Positions 13,990-27,169 of a stretch of DNA of 64,000 nucleotides are shown piece after piece. A program made the position numbers and the translations under genes. The stretch is from Octopus vulgaris. Lineage: Eukaryota. Below the pieces are notes generated by a model. The model saw nothing but the letters and a program-made list of their open reading frames with translations, did not search any database and was not told the origin of the DNA. The stretch covers positions 27,404,001-27,468,000 of the forward strand of contig OX597833.1 in NCBI GenBank assembly GCA_951406725.2, read 5' to 3'. The number at the start of each line of letters is the position of its first letter. Within the stretch, counting starts at the first letter, position 1.

Positions 13990-14270
13990 GAGGGACATAA
14001 AGAGATCATGGAGAATTCTTCATAAAGTTGACCATGAGTAAAGCAGGTTTTCTCAAGATGTAGTTCAGCAACTGTTAACGTTTGCCTTAACATTTATTGA
14101 TTGATAGCACAATTTAGGTTTACTGGAATCTGACATCTCCAAATCGAAAGGGTATATTTGTTGGTATGTAAGAAATACTGGTTATAATTATATCATTCCT
14201 TTGGTTCACCCAGTGACAGTAGTAGTCTTGGTGTCAGGTGAACTAAGCTTCTTAACCAATGACACAGCAT
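13990..14270 (-). mobile_element. Helitron Pif1-family helicase fragment
   Basis: Minus frames give IPTNIPF.F...FPV.L...INK..GQTL...L.L...CFTHGQLY, matching helicase motifs V-VI (FAxTINKSQGQT..F.HGQLYVA). Confidence 0.75.
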
Positions 14271-14592
14271 AAGGTGGCGAGCTGGCAGAATCGTTAGTAC
14301 ACCGAGTAAAATGCTTAGCGGCATTTCGTCCGTTTTTATGTTCTCAGTTCAAATTCCGCCGAGGCCGACTTTCCCTTTCGTCCTTTTGTGGTTGTTAAAA
14401 TAAGTACCAGTTGAAAATTGAGGTCAATATAATCGACTGACCCACTCCCACGATCTTCCTGTATTTCAAAGGGGCCAGCCTTGTCACACTGTGTCACGCT
14501 GAATATCCCCGAGAACTACGTTAAGGGTACACGTGTCTGTGGAGTGCTCGGCCACTTGCACGTTAACTTCACGAGTAGGCTGTTCCGTTGAT
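14271..14592 (+). mobile_element. SINE family B followed by a family C tail segment
   Basis: 14271-14440 matches family B; 14465-14592 matches 19725-19852. Confidence 0.8.
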
Positions 14593-14989
14593 TATAATAG
14601 CCAAAGATTGTCTTAGACATAAACGAGTTTGAATTGATATTATTTGAGATATATAGAAATATATTTCGATAGTTGTAGATTCTTTTTTACTTAATTATTT
14701 TGTCCGTCATAATTTTGTTGTTTTTTTTTAATTGTAATTGTTATGTAGTTGAAAAGTTAACGCTCACGCTCATAATACATAAGCTTTTGAATTGTCTGTC
14801 TATAACCCAAAACTCTGAAGAGACTTATATAAGTGGATATGTATTGTTTGTAAATCGAATGTATATTAGCCAAAACAAATTGTTGGCTAATTTGGTTTTT
14901 TTAATAATTTTTTTAATGTTATATTATATCATATTTATAGAATTTTATATTATATTATAACATAAATAAATTATTGGGTTGTTTATTCA

Positions 14990-15133
14990 ACATGCATGCT
15001 TCACTTGCTTCATGCTCCCAGCCTAATGGGCCCAGAGATGTCATCATGCGTGGAGCCGACCAGGTCCACCAGTGGCCCCTATCGTTGGTGGTCTCGTGCT
15101 AGCCCCTCTGCATCCTATCTACATACATACATG
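14990..15133 (-). repeat. ~140-bp LINE 3'-end-like repeat, copy 1 (copy 2 at 15809-15952)
   Basis: Near-identical direct repeats; minus strand reads LARDHQR.G.LVDL, like an RTE ORF end. Confidence 0.7.
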
Positions 15134-15186
15134 TGTACGTAAATACAATTCTGCATATCTCTATTTAATTTAGTGTTTAAATATAA

Positions 15187-15392
15187 AGTAATCCCTCGAC
15201 TATTGCGAGTGTAACGTTCCAAAAAAAACCCGCGATAAGTGAAAATCCACGAAGTAGAAACAGTACTGTACTGTGTGTATTATTTTATTACTTTTATAAT
15301 GTTATATATTTATTTTATTATAAATGCAAAACAACACCACGGAGGAATCGACGCAAGCTTAAATAATAAACCGCGATAGGTGAACCACGCTA
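15187..15392. mobile_element. pogo/Tigger-like MITE
   Basis: AGTAATCCCTCG..CCCGCGATAAGTGAAAATCC start, with CCGCGATAGGTGAACC subterminal repeat at the other end. Confidence 0.55.
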
Positions 15393-15808
15393 TATATATT
15401 TGTGCGTGTTTACGTATGTGTGTTTGTTTATATGTTCGTACATACTTGTGTATATACATATTTATTTACACAGACGTGTCTGTGAAGGTACGATTGTGTG
15501 TGTGACGGGGTCGTTGCTTAGAGTAACAATGTAATAAGACATACGAATATATATCATATATATTATATCCGCTTCACTGCTTATTTAGGTGTCAGATTTC
15601 TTTGACAAATTTATGTTGTACATCAACTACAAACGTCTCCTGCAATTTTTAATTAAAAAATACTCTCTCTTCAATTGAATAGAAACTGACGCCGCCTGTT
15701 TGCTTTTCTTGACTGGTCGGTGGAAGATTACATTGCTATGGTCAATGATATTTTGTTCTTATTTTCAATGGGCTATATAATATATAGGGAAGTATAAGGT
15801 GGGTATTT

Positions 15809-15952
15809 ACATGCATGCTTCATTTGCTTCATACTCCCAGCTTAGTGGGCCCAGAGATGTCATCATGCGTGGATCCGACCAGGTCCACCAATGACCCCTG
15901 TCGTTGGTGGTCTCGTGCTAGCCCCTCTGCATCCTATCTACATACATACATG
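15809..15952 (-). repeat. ~140-bp LINE 3'-end-like repeat, copy 2
   Basis: Matches 14990-15133. Confidence 0.7.
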
Positions 15953-16298
15953 AGGAAGAAAACAGTGGAGAAGAAGAAGAGAGAAACAGAGAAATAGCGA
16001 GAGGAAGTGTAAAAATAGATAGGGGCAGAATGTTACATTATGACGCCCGAAAGTAACCAGCAACATTTGGATACTTCGTATAGCTTGCGCAACGAACATA
16101 TACAAACGCGCACATGGAATTACATGTATATCTACATAAGTATAAATATACATACAAACACACCTATATGGATACGCAAACAAATATACAAAAATACAAA
16201 AATGTGTACGCAAATACATGCTCACATATATAAAAGTATACGCATATATACATACACATTTATATATGTATGCATATATGTATGTATATATACATATG

Positions 16299-16382
<84 letters not shown>

Positions 16383-16499
16383 CACGCATATGCATACGTA
16401 CACGCAAATACATGTATATACATATATATACATGCCTACAATACATACGCATATATATATTGAGACATATCTACATCATAATGTATATATACAAACAAC

Positions 16500-17100
16500 T
16501 TTAAAAAAACTGTTCGGTGTGATTAATATTAAAATGTAAAATAAGGAAATTGTACATGAATTTGATGTAACATGATTAAATACGTGAGTAAAAATAAGAA
16601 TAATAAAAATAAACCGTCGAAGGCTTTCTTAAAGATGAAATCGCAATGTACATTAACGTTGCGATGGAAAATAACAATACCGTGTAAAGTCAAATTCAAA
16701 TGCGACGTTCAAAAAATATATTCCGAAAGTCTGAATATATTTTACCCGTACGGTATTTGTCGGTTGACATTTTAAACTTTGTGGTGTGCCTGCAGGAATT
16801 TAAGAGCTTGCGTCTCTGGTTCAAAGCGTTTTTATCCTGGAACAAGATAAAGAACTTCTCTGAGAGGCAAAGATTACATTTCATAGATCTCTCCATGTCT
16901 GTATGCTGATGCTTTTTCTAGAACTTTCCAGGTTACATTGAAAGGACAGGTGTCATTCTCTTTCAATTCCCAGACATGCTTTGCAAGACTAGTCGCTATC
17001 CTGTTCTCGGGGTATCGGAAAGAATTTGTGTGGGAATAGAATCAAGTCTTGAATGAATTCTTTGAAGCCTCTTTCAAAATTTATATCAAACTTTTTTCTG
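16500..17100 (-). mobile_element. Penelope-like element 3' fragment (GIY-YIG endonuclease C-terminal half)
   Basis: Minus frames: [26 protein letters not shown]...VTWKVLEKA.AY, then CNLCLSEKFFIL...LNQR..LLNSCRH..KF, the characteristic PLE endonuclease C-terminus. Confidence 0.85.
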
Positions 17101-17235
17101 AATTTCCCACACCTCTCTCTTTATACATACATATATGCACGTATGCATACATACATACATACATACATACATACATACATACATACATACATACATACAT
17201 ACATTTATACATACATGCATGCATATATATATATT

Positions 17236-17288
<53 letters not shown>

Positions 17289-17290
<2 letters not shown>

Positions 17291-17695
17291 TTTACTCTTT
17301 TACTCTTTTACTTGTTTCAGTCATTTGATTGCGGCCATGCTAGAGCACCGCCTTTAATCGAGCAACTCGACCCCGGGACTTATTCTTTGTAAGCCCAGTA
17401 CTTATTCTATCGGTCTCTTTTGCCGAACCGCTAAGTGACGGGGACGTAAACACACCAGCATCGGTTGTCAAGCGATGTTGGAGGGACAAACACAGACATA
17501 CAAACATACACGCACACACATATATATATATACGACGGGCTTCTTTCAGTTTCCGTCTACCAAATCCACTCACAAGGCTTTGGTCGGCCCGAGGCTATAG
17601 TAGAAGACACTTGCCCAAGGTGCCACGCAGTGGGACTGAACCCGGAACCATGTGGTTGGTAAACAAGCTACTTACCACACAGCCACTCCTGCGCC
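17289..17695 (-). mobile_element. SINE family A, full length and young
   Basis: tRNA-like head (TGGCTGTGTGG..GGTTCAGTCCC), CORE-like CCTTGGGCAAGTGTCTT, internal microsatellite, (AGTAAAAG)n tail; CpGs retained. Confidence 0.95.
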
Positions 17696-17722
17696 TATGT
17701 ATGTATATATATATATATATAT

Positions 17723-18208
17723 AAAATTTAAAGGACTGACCACTAAAAGTGGACGGTCAATATGCTAGATATAGACGTCAAAATCGCTATTTTCCACGAA
17801 GAATGTGTTCTCAAGAAAAACTCAGCACAAAACCAAGGTGTATAAAATAAGCAAGACAAATGAAAATATACAAAATAAAAACGATTACCTATGTACCGAT
17901 CAGTTTCACTTGTTAATATTCACGTATATGCATACGCGAAAATCTATAAGCTCATCAGCATAGTCTGTCGTATACAAACATTATTTCCAGAACTAGATAT
18001 ACAACGCTTGACCGGAGTCCCCCATGCATAGAGTTCAACAAATTATATTTATGTGTATCTTTCAAATGCCTTCACTTTGGCGCGCTGAGCAGTCAATTTA
18101 CCGGTTAGAGAACATTTTTTTATTATTTAAAATTGAATAAGGGTAGAAATTGATATAGGCCACTGGTTTTAATTGATTAATATCAATTTCTACTCTTATT
18201 CAATTTTA
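17723..18208 (-). mobile_element. ~490-bp non-coding Penelope-like/retrozyme-like element with hammerhead and short terminal inversion
   Basis: Bounded by (TA)n on both sides; 29-bp inverted repeat 18128-18156/18180-18208; contains the hammerhead at 17889-17963. Confidence 0.7.
17889..17963 (-). ncRNA. Type I hammerhead ribozyme
   Basis: Minus: CTATG-CTGATGA-GCTT...(inner hairpin TTCGCGTAT/ATACGTGAA)...AAGT-GAA-ACTGATCGGT-A-CATAG. 5-bp stem I, canonical core, near-palindromic stem III, GUA cleavage triplet. Confidence 0.82.
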
Positions 18209-18219
18209 TATATATATAT

Positions 18220-18619
18220 CAATTGTTTTATGCTACTTTATTTTATTAAACACTGTAAGTATTACATCAGTTTTAAAATGTCGAGCAATCTTCAGCCACA
18301 TATAGAATTTTTTTAATTAAATGGACAGTGTACATTCTTATCTCTATTTCATTTGCCAACATTATAAAGAGAGTAGATATATAGACAGAGAGGTTAATTT
18401 CATTCTTAGGAACATACTACTATCATGTTCTTAAGAATGAAATTAACCTCTCTGTCTATATATCTATCCTCTTTATAATGTTGGCAAATGAAACAGGGAT
18501 AAGAATGTGCATTGTCCGTTTAATTGGAAAATTCTATATGTGGCTGAAGATTGCTCGACATTTTAAAACTGATGTAATACTTACAGTGTTTAATAAAATG
18601 AAGTAACATAAAGCAATTG
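18220..18619. repeat. Long inverted repeat (~196-bp arms, 9-nt loop) with one-sided tail to ~18760
   Basis: Arms 18220-18415 and 18425-18619, 13 transitions + 1 indel; flanked by (TA)n and (TG)n. Confidence 0.93.
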
Positions 18620-18804
18620 TATTACTCTACCTTGGATATCCTTGTTGCTTATTTTGATTATAATCACCCCATTTGATTTATATGGATAATACCATACAAA
18701 ATTCTGGTGCCTTTAACTTAAGTACCATATTCATCTGAATCTAAATGTTGCTGAACTAATATGTATATAATACATCAATAAAAACATACACATGTACACA
18801 TACA

Positions 18805-18969
<165 letters not shown>

Positions 18970-19576
18970 CAGCTTCCGAATAACCATCGGAACATAAATT
19001 TTGAGTTCTAACACTAGGTTATTAGTATCGCTATGCCGGATCTAGTTTTTTTCATTCGCAAAATATGCATTTATTAAAAGACAGTAAAAGAGTTTCCTTA
19101 GCAGAAACTACTCTGTTACAAATACTTGGGCCAGGTTTCCGGTTTAAGGATACCGTCCTTCCTCTACTCCACCAGTGCCAGAAGCCCACAAAACGTCCCG
19201 GATACTGCCCTCTTTCTTTTTTGCTATGGGTTTCAACAACTAAAATAATTTATCCACAAAAAGTTCCAGATCAAAAGCATACACACAAGGATCAAACGAT
19301 TGGTGACATCAGACTCCGGAGGAATAGTTTTCTCTGATACTTCTGGTGAGAAACGAGAAACATTTTTTGATCAACTTGTTTCCTTCTGCCAAAAACCTTC
19401 TTCGCCCAGGTAGATTTCTTGCAGCATGTTAAATCATTTAAGCTTAACAAAAGAAATGTTTCCCGACATATTCGTTACCCGGCGTAGCTTTGATATCTAT
19501 GCGCACGTGCGTGTATGTATGCACATATGTGTGTGTATATAAATACATGTATATTTAAATATGTGAGTGAGTGTGT

Positions 19577-19899
19577 GAAGGTGCGCAGATTAGTGCTTAG
19601 AGTATTCGGCTCATGATCGGAAGGCCGTTATTTCGATTCCTAGCGGCGCGTTGTGTTCTTGAGCAAGACACTTTATTTCACGCTGCTCCAGTCCGCTCAG
19701 CTGGAAAAATGAGCTGTACCAGTAATTCAAGGGGCCAGCCTTGTCATGTTCTGTGTCACACTGAACTTCCCTGAGAACTAGGTTAAGGCTAAGCATGTCT
19801 GTGGAGCACTCAGCCACTTGCACGTTAATTTCACGAGCAGGCTGTTCCGTTGATCGGATCAACTGGAACCGCTCGCCGTCGCAATCAACGGAGTGCCAG

Positions 19900-19900
<1 letters not shown>
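19577..19900 (+). mobile_element. SINE family C
   Basis: tRNA-like head, TTGTGTTCTTGAGCAAGACACTTTATTTCAC core, tail shared with 14465-14592. Confidence 0.85.
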
Positions 19901-19939
<39 letters not shown>

Positions 19940-20331
19940 CAGTAGTATCTGATGTCTATTCTTAATGATTATTTTCCGTTTTTGTTTTGTTTCTAAAGAA
20001 AGCAGAGAGGAAACACTAAAGCCTTTTCTGATGCCTCAAGTAAATTCTACTAGCATATCAACACAACTTTCCACTGCACCAATTGCACCAATAAAAACTC
20101 AACTTATAACCTATCACACGGAACTGTAACTGCATAGAATTAAAAATCAACAATAGCAATTTCTGTCATAAATGTTTTCTCTTACAAAATATTAGCTGTC
20201 GTAAATAACAGTTGATATTATTTATCACATCAACGATTTGCTGATTTAATATTCATTTCTAAGAATGTATGTATTATTAGATTTAAAAGTAAACAACGAA
20301 CCGATAATCTTCTGACAAAACTCGAAATGAT

Positions 20332-20545
20332 AGTTACAAATTTTGGTACAAGGCCAGCAAGTTCGGGGGTTGGATTAAGTCGATTACTTCAAACCCAGTT
20401 CTCCACTGATAATTATTTTATCTACCCCGAGAGAATGAGAGACAAAGTCGACATCGAGGAATTTGAACTCAGAATGTAAACGCTGACGAAATGCCGCTAA
20501 GCATTTTCCCCGGCGAGCAAACGATTCTGCCAGCTCCCCACCTTC
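20332..20545 (-). mobile_element. SINE family B
   Basis: GAATTTGAACTCAGAA..GATTCTGCCAGCTC match. Confidence 0.85.
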
Positions 20546-20936
20546 AAAATCTGAAATACTATTTTTTTTTTTAATCAATGTCTTTCAATGACATTCCAAT
20601 GAATTTATTATGCATCAAACTTCTCAGCTAGAAAAGGAGCACGTGATGTGTGCTGCTGAAATCTCATTCCTCATTCCCCGTTCGGTTTTTATATTTGTAG
20701 CTCTCCCGTCATTCAGCCAGCCATATCATGAAACGTATGCAGTGCTATCTCAGAATAACTAACACATAATCTTATGAGAGACGACCGAAATATTAATTTC
20801 CTTTTGTGATCTATTATTATGTTATCTGTAAACTTTATACTCATTACGAATTTATCATCTTTGGTGAATTAACAGAGTTCGCTTAGCACATCCAATATAT
20901 GCATCGCTAATTTGAGTGAGTTTGTGTGTGTGTTCA

Positions 20937-20978
<42 letters not shown>

Positions 20979-21147
20979 GGTGTGTGAGTGAGAGAGAGAG
21001 AAAGAGAGAGGAGAAGGTAACAATAGAATTACTTCGAAGTAAAAATAAACAACAAATAGCAGTGTACTCAACAAACGCTACTGAGTAATCCTGCAGTTTA
21101 GTGTAAAACAGTTTTTATTATAAATCGATAAAAAAATCAATCATATA

Positions 21148-22391
21148 TCAGGTCATCCCATAAGTAATGTCTGGACGTCTATATTTTCAATTTGTAAACG
21201 CTTTGACAGTATTTGAATGTCTAATGGTATCGAGTAATATTTATATGTATTTGGACATATTTTAACTGATTAAATTTCATTTTGCAGTATAATCTAATTG
21301 AAATTTCATTAATTATAGCTTTTAAAATATGGAAGTGTTTAAGGAGCATTTGAGGCACATAATGCTTTATGAGTTTAAAAAATGAAACTCTGCAGCTAAA
21401 GCGACTCGAAATATTCACTTAGTTTATGGAGAAGAATGCCTGAATGAAAGAACTTGCAAAAGATGGTTTGCAAAATTTAGAAGTGGAGATTTCAGTCATG
21501 AAGATGAGACTCAAACAGGACGTCCAACTAAGTTTCATGACAAGCTCCTTTTGGCAGAACTTGAAAAAGATTTTGCAATTTCAGTTAAAGATTTGGCAAG
21601 CAAGCTTCTTTCAATCCATACAACTGTTCACCTCCATCTTCAACAGCTTTGAAAGGTCCCAAAACTCAGAAAATGGATGCTTCGTGACTTGTCTGAAGCC
21701 AACTGCAAATCCCGTTCTCGTGAATTCATCTCACTCTTTTTGGACAGACTGGTGACCGGTGATGAAAAATATGTGAATTAATGTAGACTTACCTTGGGTC
21801 TTTTTATCAAAATGCTAAGCGTGTAGACATTGGCTTGATGAAGCGGGGAAGGCCCAGCCACAACCGAAAAAGGAATCCATGGGAAGAAGGTTCTTTTCTC
21901 TGTTTGGTGAGATTGCAAAGGAGTCATCTATTTTGAGTTGCTACCAACTGATTCAACAATCAATGCTCAAACCTACTGTCAATAATTAGAACGTTTGAAC
22001 GCTGCTTTGACAGAAAGAAGGGGAGTGGTGTTTCATCAGGACAATGCAAAGATCATGTCACAGAAGATCGAGGAACTTGGCTGGGAGAAAATTGCTCATC
22101 CACCTTGCTCCCCAGACCTTGCTCCTTCAGATTACCATTTGATCCGTAGTTTACAGAATCATCTGGGTGGATTAACTCTCGAAACAACTGAAAAAGTCGA
22201 AACTGACCGTTCAGAGTTCTCTTTGAAACCGAAAGTTTTTCACTAATGGGATTACAATGCTTATGAGTATATGGAAAGATGTAATAGATAATCATGGAAA
22301 CTATATTGACGATTAAGTTTCATTAAAATGTAAGATTTGATAACTTGTTTTCCATAATTAGAATCCGGTCATTACTTATGGGATGACCTAA
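21148..22391 (+). mobile_element. Full-length decayed mariner transposon
   Basis: TIRs TCAGGTCATCCCATAAGTAATG / CATTACTTATGGGATGACCTAA with TA TSDs. Motifs LVTGDEK(W), FHQDNA, HPP.SPDLAPSDYHL (DD34D). Confidence 0.95.
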
Positions 22392-22519
22392 TATACGTAT
22401 ATATCACCCTCTGGTCGATAACTAAAGAGAAGTTGATGACCTTCTGTGTTTTCAGTTCGTCTGTGCAGTTAGTGTATGTTCCTATACATTTTTTCCTAAA
22501 CGTTTTTTTTTAATTATAA

Positions 22520-22570
<51 letters not shown>

Positions 22571-22629
22571 TATACATATATATTTATAGGTATGTCATAT
22601 TTTACGTTTGTTGTCTTTTTATTTAATCC

Positions 22630-23559
22630 TGAATATATATATAGGTGAGCACAGGTGTGTACGTACGCCGCTATATGAATATATAAACATAAAAAATGGA
22701 ACAGAAACGCAAGAGAGCACAATAAAACATTCGGACAGATAGACGATACAAAGGCGGATAGAAGGACGGGGAGAAAAACGACGAGTTATTCGTGGCCTTC
22801 TTTCTTCAGTCAAGTTACCAGATGTCCTTACAGTTTCGGGCAGTTACACTTGAGACTGTTCGATCTGGTTTGCCCAAAAAAATTCTAAACTAAGAACATT
22901 AGAACATAAGAAAGCTAGCGAATGTGTACGGCAACAAAGACAAAAAAACGGAGAACATGGTATATACATTAAGTATGTATCTATATTTTGTACGACTCTT
23001 TTACTCTGTCTTTTAGTCCCTCTCATACATTCTTCCTCTTTTCTTTCTCTCGCTCCCCTTGTCTCTCACATTTTTGGTCCTCTCTTTAACTCTCCCTTTT
23101 CCTTCTCGTTTATCTCCCCTGTACATTTTCCTTTGTCTCTTTGATTTTTTCTAATCTTTCAGTCCCGCTACCCCTACCCCTCTCTCCTTCCACGTGACCG
23201 GTGTCCGGCCAGCCATGATCTTTCTTGGCCTGACTGCCGACCGCCAACACCGCTTATGTCCATCTATGTTCCTGCCTTTAGGATTTCACTTCATACACGC
23301 CAGCTCAGTTTGATTCATCCTCAGTAGAAAGACACCTGTTGTTATATTCTTGTTGTTTGTATTTGTAATTGTGTACCATGTTCTCCGTTTTCTATCTTTG
23401 TTGCCGTACACATTCGCTAGCTTTCTTACAAAAAATATAATGCTCTTAGCTTATACTTTTGGTGGGGCAACCAGATCGAACAGTCTCAAGTGTAACTGCC
23501 CGAAACTGTAACGTTTTCTGGTAAACTTGACTGATGAAAGAAGGCCACGAATGACTCGT
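22630..23559. repeat. Two inverted copies (~180 bp) of an uncharacterised repeat, possibly Penelope-derived
   Basis: 22781-22962 vs 23374-23559, roughly 80% identical, separated by a CT-rich spacer. Confidence 0.75.
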
Positions 23560-24002
23560 GCTTTTTTCCCTGACCTTCTAATTGTTGTTTGCATGTGGTT
23601 ACATGTTTCTGTGGATATGTTTGTGTATGTGCGCGTTTGTGTATGCGTATGTAACTGCATATGTGTGTGAGTACTTGCTTTTCTGTTGTATGCACGCGTC
23701 TTTGTCTGTGCTTGTATGCGTGTATGTGTATGTGTTTGTTTTATATAGCTGCATATACACGTATACATTTATATATGTGTGTATGTATGTATATATGTAC
23801 CAACGAACACACTTGACAAATATCTGTTTACAAGTATGCTTATCACATTCGCTATCTAATTAGACGCGCAAATCTATATCATAACCGCCTCACTGCTTAT
23901 TTAGGTGTCAGGTCTCTTTGACAAATTTATGTTATTCATCAACTATAACTCTTTTGTGAAAATTTTCATTAAGAAACTCCCTCTCTCTCCCTCTCCCTCT
24001 CT

Positions 24003-24038
<36 letters not shown>

Positions 24039-24117
24039 TTAATTGAACAGAAACTAACGCTGCCTTTCCTTAATTTCCTTGACTGGTTAGTGGCAGAGTT
24101 ACATAACTACGTACAAT

Positions 24118-24310
24118 AACTGTTACAAATTTTGACCGAAGTTCAGCGATTTTAGTAGGTGGGAACATATCGACAACTTTGACTCCCAATGTTTGATTGG
24201 AACTTTGTTTTATCGATCCATGAGTAAAAAACAAAGTCGACTTCGGTGGAATTTGAACTCAGACCGTAATGAGTCGGAAAAAATGCCACTAAGCTTTTTG
24301 TCCACTCTGC
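24118..24310 (-). mobile_element. SINE family B (older)
   Basis: AAAGTCGACTTCGGTGGAATTTGAACTCAGA match. Confidence 0.75.
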
Positions 24311-25084
24311 TGGTTTGTTGTCTTAATAATTGCGGATAATGATACAAAGGTTTTATTTTCAAGGTGCTACATAACATATAAATATATGTAATATGAATAT
24401 TTATGTATATCTCTGCTATATTGTTAAAAGTATTTAGTTTCTGTTTGGACTTCCGTGATTTTCAACTCATGTAGACAAGCAGCCTGAACAACAACAACGA
24501 CAACCAACGACTCAGCAACAACAACCAGTATATTTAGATATTTTAGCTGTGAAAAATATAGCAAGGTATCGCATATACAGTTTTTTCCATTTTGATCAGT
24601 TCATCTAGCTGTTAATAGGCGCAATGGAGTGGTACACAGTTTCTCACTGTAATGACATGCTGTCCATCTTGTTATGAATAAATTCCATTTCATTGAGCTG
24701 TTGTTGATCCACTGGCAGATAAGAGTCACAGCGTGCCGTTACTGATTATCTATGCTGGTTGTATGTTTACCTGTCGACGCTGGCCGATTGCGAGACGGAC
24801 GTGTCGCTCCATGCGTTAGGGGATTAATCCCGGCCAAATTCAGGTAGAATTTGAACTCAGAACGTAAAGAACCAAACCAGATATCACATGCATATTGTCC
24901 AACGTTCTAACAATTCCCCCAAGCTATTGTACCGTGATAGGGACTCTGTCTACCAAGCGTGAGAGTATGAGAGGCAAAGTCGATCTCAGCTAGATTCGAA
25001 TTCAGAGGAATCATGCCAGCCATTCTATCAAACGTTCTATTGACTCAGCTAATTCACCACCTTATGTCATAAAGTATGTTTTTA

Positions 25085-25940
25085 ACTTATTACCTTTACT
25101 TATTTCTGTCATTTGACTGCGACCATGCTGGAGCGCCACTTTAACGAGTTATAGTCGAACAAGTTGTCCCCAGTACTCTTTTGTTTTTTAATCTGATACC
25201 TATTCCATCGGGTTATTTTGCCAAACCGCTAAGTTACAGGACAAACACACACACACACACACACACACATACACACACACACACACACACGTAGGCGCAT
25301 GCGTAGGTGTGTGATAAGAAATTTGCTTCCCGACCACATGGTTCCGGGTTCAGTCCCACTGCGTAGCATCTCGAGCAAGTATTTTCTACAATAGCCTCGG
25401 ACCAACCAAAGCCTTGTGAGTGGATTTGCTAGACGAAAACTGAAAGAAGCCCGTCGTGTGTGTGTGTGTGTGCGTGTGTGTGTGTGTATGCGCGTGTGTG
25501 TGTGTCTGTGTGTGCGTGTGTGTGTATGTGTGTGTGTTTGTGTCTGTGTTTGTCCCACCACCATCGCATGACACCCGGTACTGGTGTGTTTACGTCACCA
25601 CAACTTAGCGGCTCAGCAAAAAGAGATTGGTAGAATCAGTAGTAAAATAAAGAGATAAAAAAGAAAAATTCCAGGGTCGATTTATACGACTAAAACCCTT
25701 TGAGACGGTGCTCCAGCATGGCTGCAATCAAACGACTGAAGCACGTAAAAGATAAAGAAGATAAACGACATACAGCATAGATTTCGGTGAAGATTCTATC
25801 AAATTCAAGTACAAAAGGGATTCGTCGGCTTAAGGGCTGAGGCTATATAGTATAAGTCACTTGCCTGAGGTACCGCACAGTGAGACTGAACCCGAAAGAT
25901 CGTGGTTGCAAAATGAGCTTCTTTATGGCAGCCTTGCCTA
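25085..25940 (-). mobile_element. Old SINE family A copy, split by a second, opposite-strand copy
   Basis: Tail 25085-25250 and head 25770-25940 on the minus strand. Confidence 0.65.
25292..25762 (+). mobile_element. SINE family A
   Basis: Full head-microsatellite-tail organisation. Confidence 0.88.
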
Positions 25941-25999
25941 CCGCTTCATCCACCCCTAGAAAGAGAGGCATTGATAAAGAAACCCTGGGAGACCAAGTA

Positions 26000-26107
<108 letters not shown>

Positions 26108-26317
26108 GACTGGGCCCGATTGAGCAGATAAACAAATGTCTAAACATGCTCCTTCTGTGAGCATCCCATCTTTTATCTTGAAATAATATAACGCAGAATG
26201 CATTATCATTTTTCTCCTCTTTTCTATGTGTGTGAGTGTGTACTTACGTGTGTGTGCGTATGTGCGTGTTAAGGATGCTAGAATGCTTTTTGAAGTGGAT
26301 TTAGGCAGCTATTTTCA

Positions 26318-26475
26318 GCAGGAGTGGCTGTGTGGTAAGTAGCTTGCTTACCAACCACATGGTTCTTGGTTCAATCCTACTGCATGGCACCTTGGGCAAG
26401 TGTTTCTATTATACTCTCGGGCCGACCAAAGCCTTGTGAGTGAATTTGGTAGACGGAAAATGAAAGAAGCCATCG

Positions 26476-26520
<45 letters not shown>

Positions 26521-26738
26521 TTGTCTGTCTATATTTGTCCCCCCAACATCGCTTGACAACCGATACTGGTGTGTTTACGTCGCCGTATGTTAGCGGTTCG
26601 GCAAAATAGACTGATAGAATAAGTACTGGGCTTACAAAGAAAAAGTCCTGAAGTTGATTTGCTCGGCTAAAGGCGGTGCCCCAGCACGGCCGCAGTCAAA
26701 TGACTGAAACAAGTAAAAGAATGAAAGAATGAAAGAAT
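26318..26738 (+). mobile_element. SINE family A, full length
   Basis: Close match to 17289-17695. Confidence 0.93.
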
Positions 26739-27169
26739 ATCGAAAGACAACGTAGAGCATCCTAAATCAAGCAAAAATCAGCCTATAACTCAAATAGCAC
26801 ACCTTCTATCCTTCCACCCACACTCTACTCAGTATGTGTGTGTGCGCGCGCGTTAGTGTGTATAGAGTTGAATGCTCTAGTAGTGTCATTCAACACAAAC
26901 CATAGTTACGTTTGACTAACAACGAAGCTATTTTTTTTAATAGATGTTCCAAGGGAGGCCACTTAAACGTCTTTGATTATCAAACTTAATTACTTCCCTT
27001 TGAATGGACTGACAACTATTGTTACAATTTACGTCAGTGAATCTCTTTGACGTTGACTTCCAGGCCTATTCGAGATTAAATAAAAAGAGACAATAGTGGC
27101 ATATTTGGGGTGGAAAGTTTAAAGAATAATCTGTTTTAGAGTTAATAATATATAGAAAATTTGAGCCTT

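Noticed and set aside
18425-18619. CTGAAGA and GAAAC words in the 18.2-kb palindrome as a hammerhead
   Set aside because: Order and pairing do not give a complete core.
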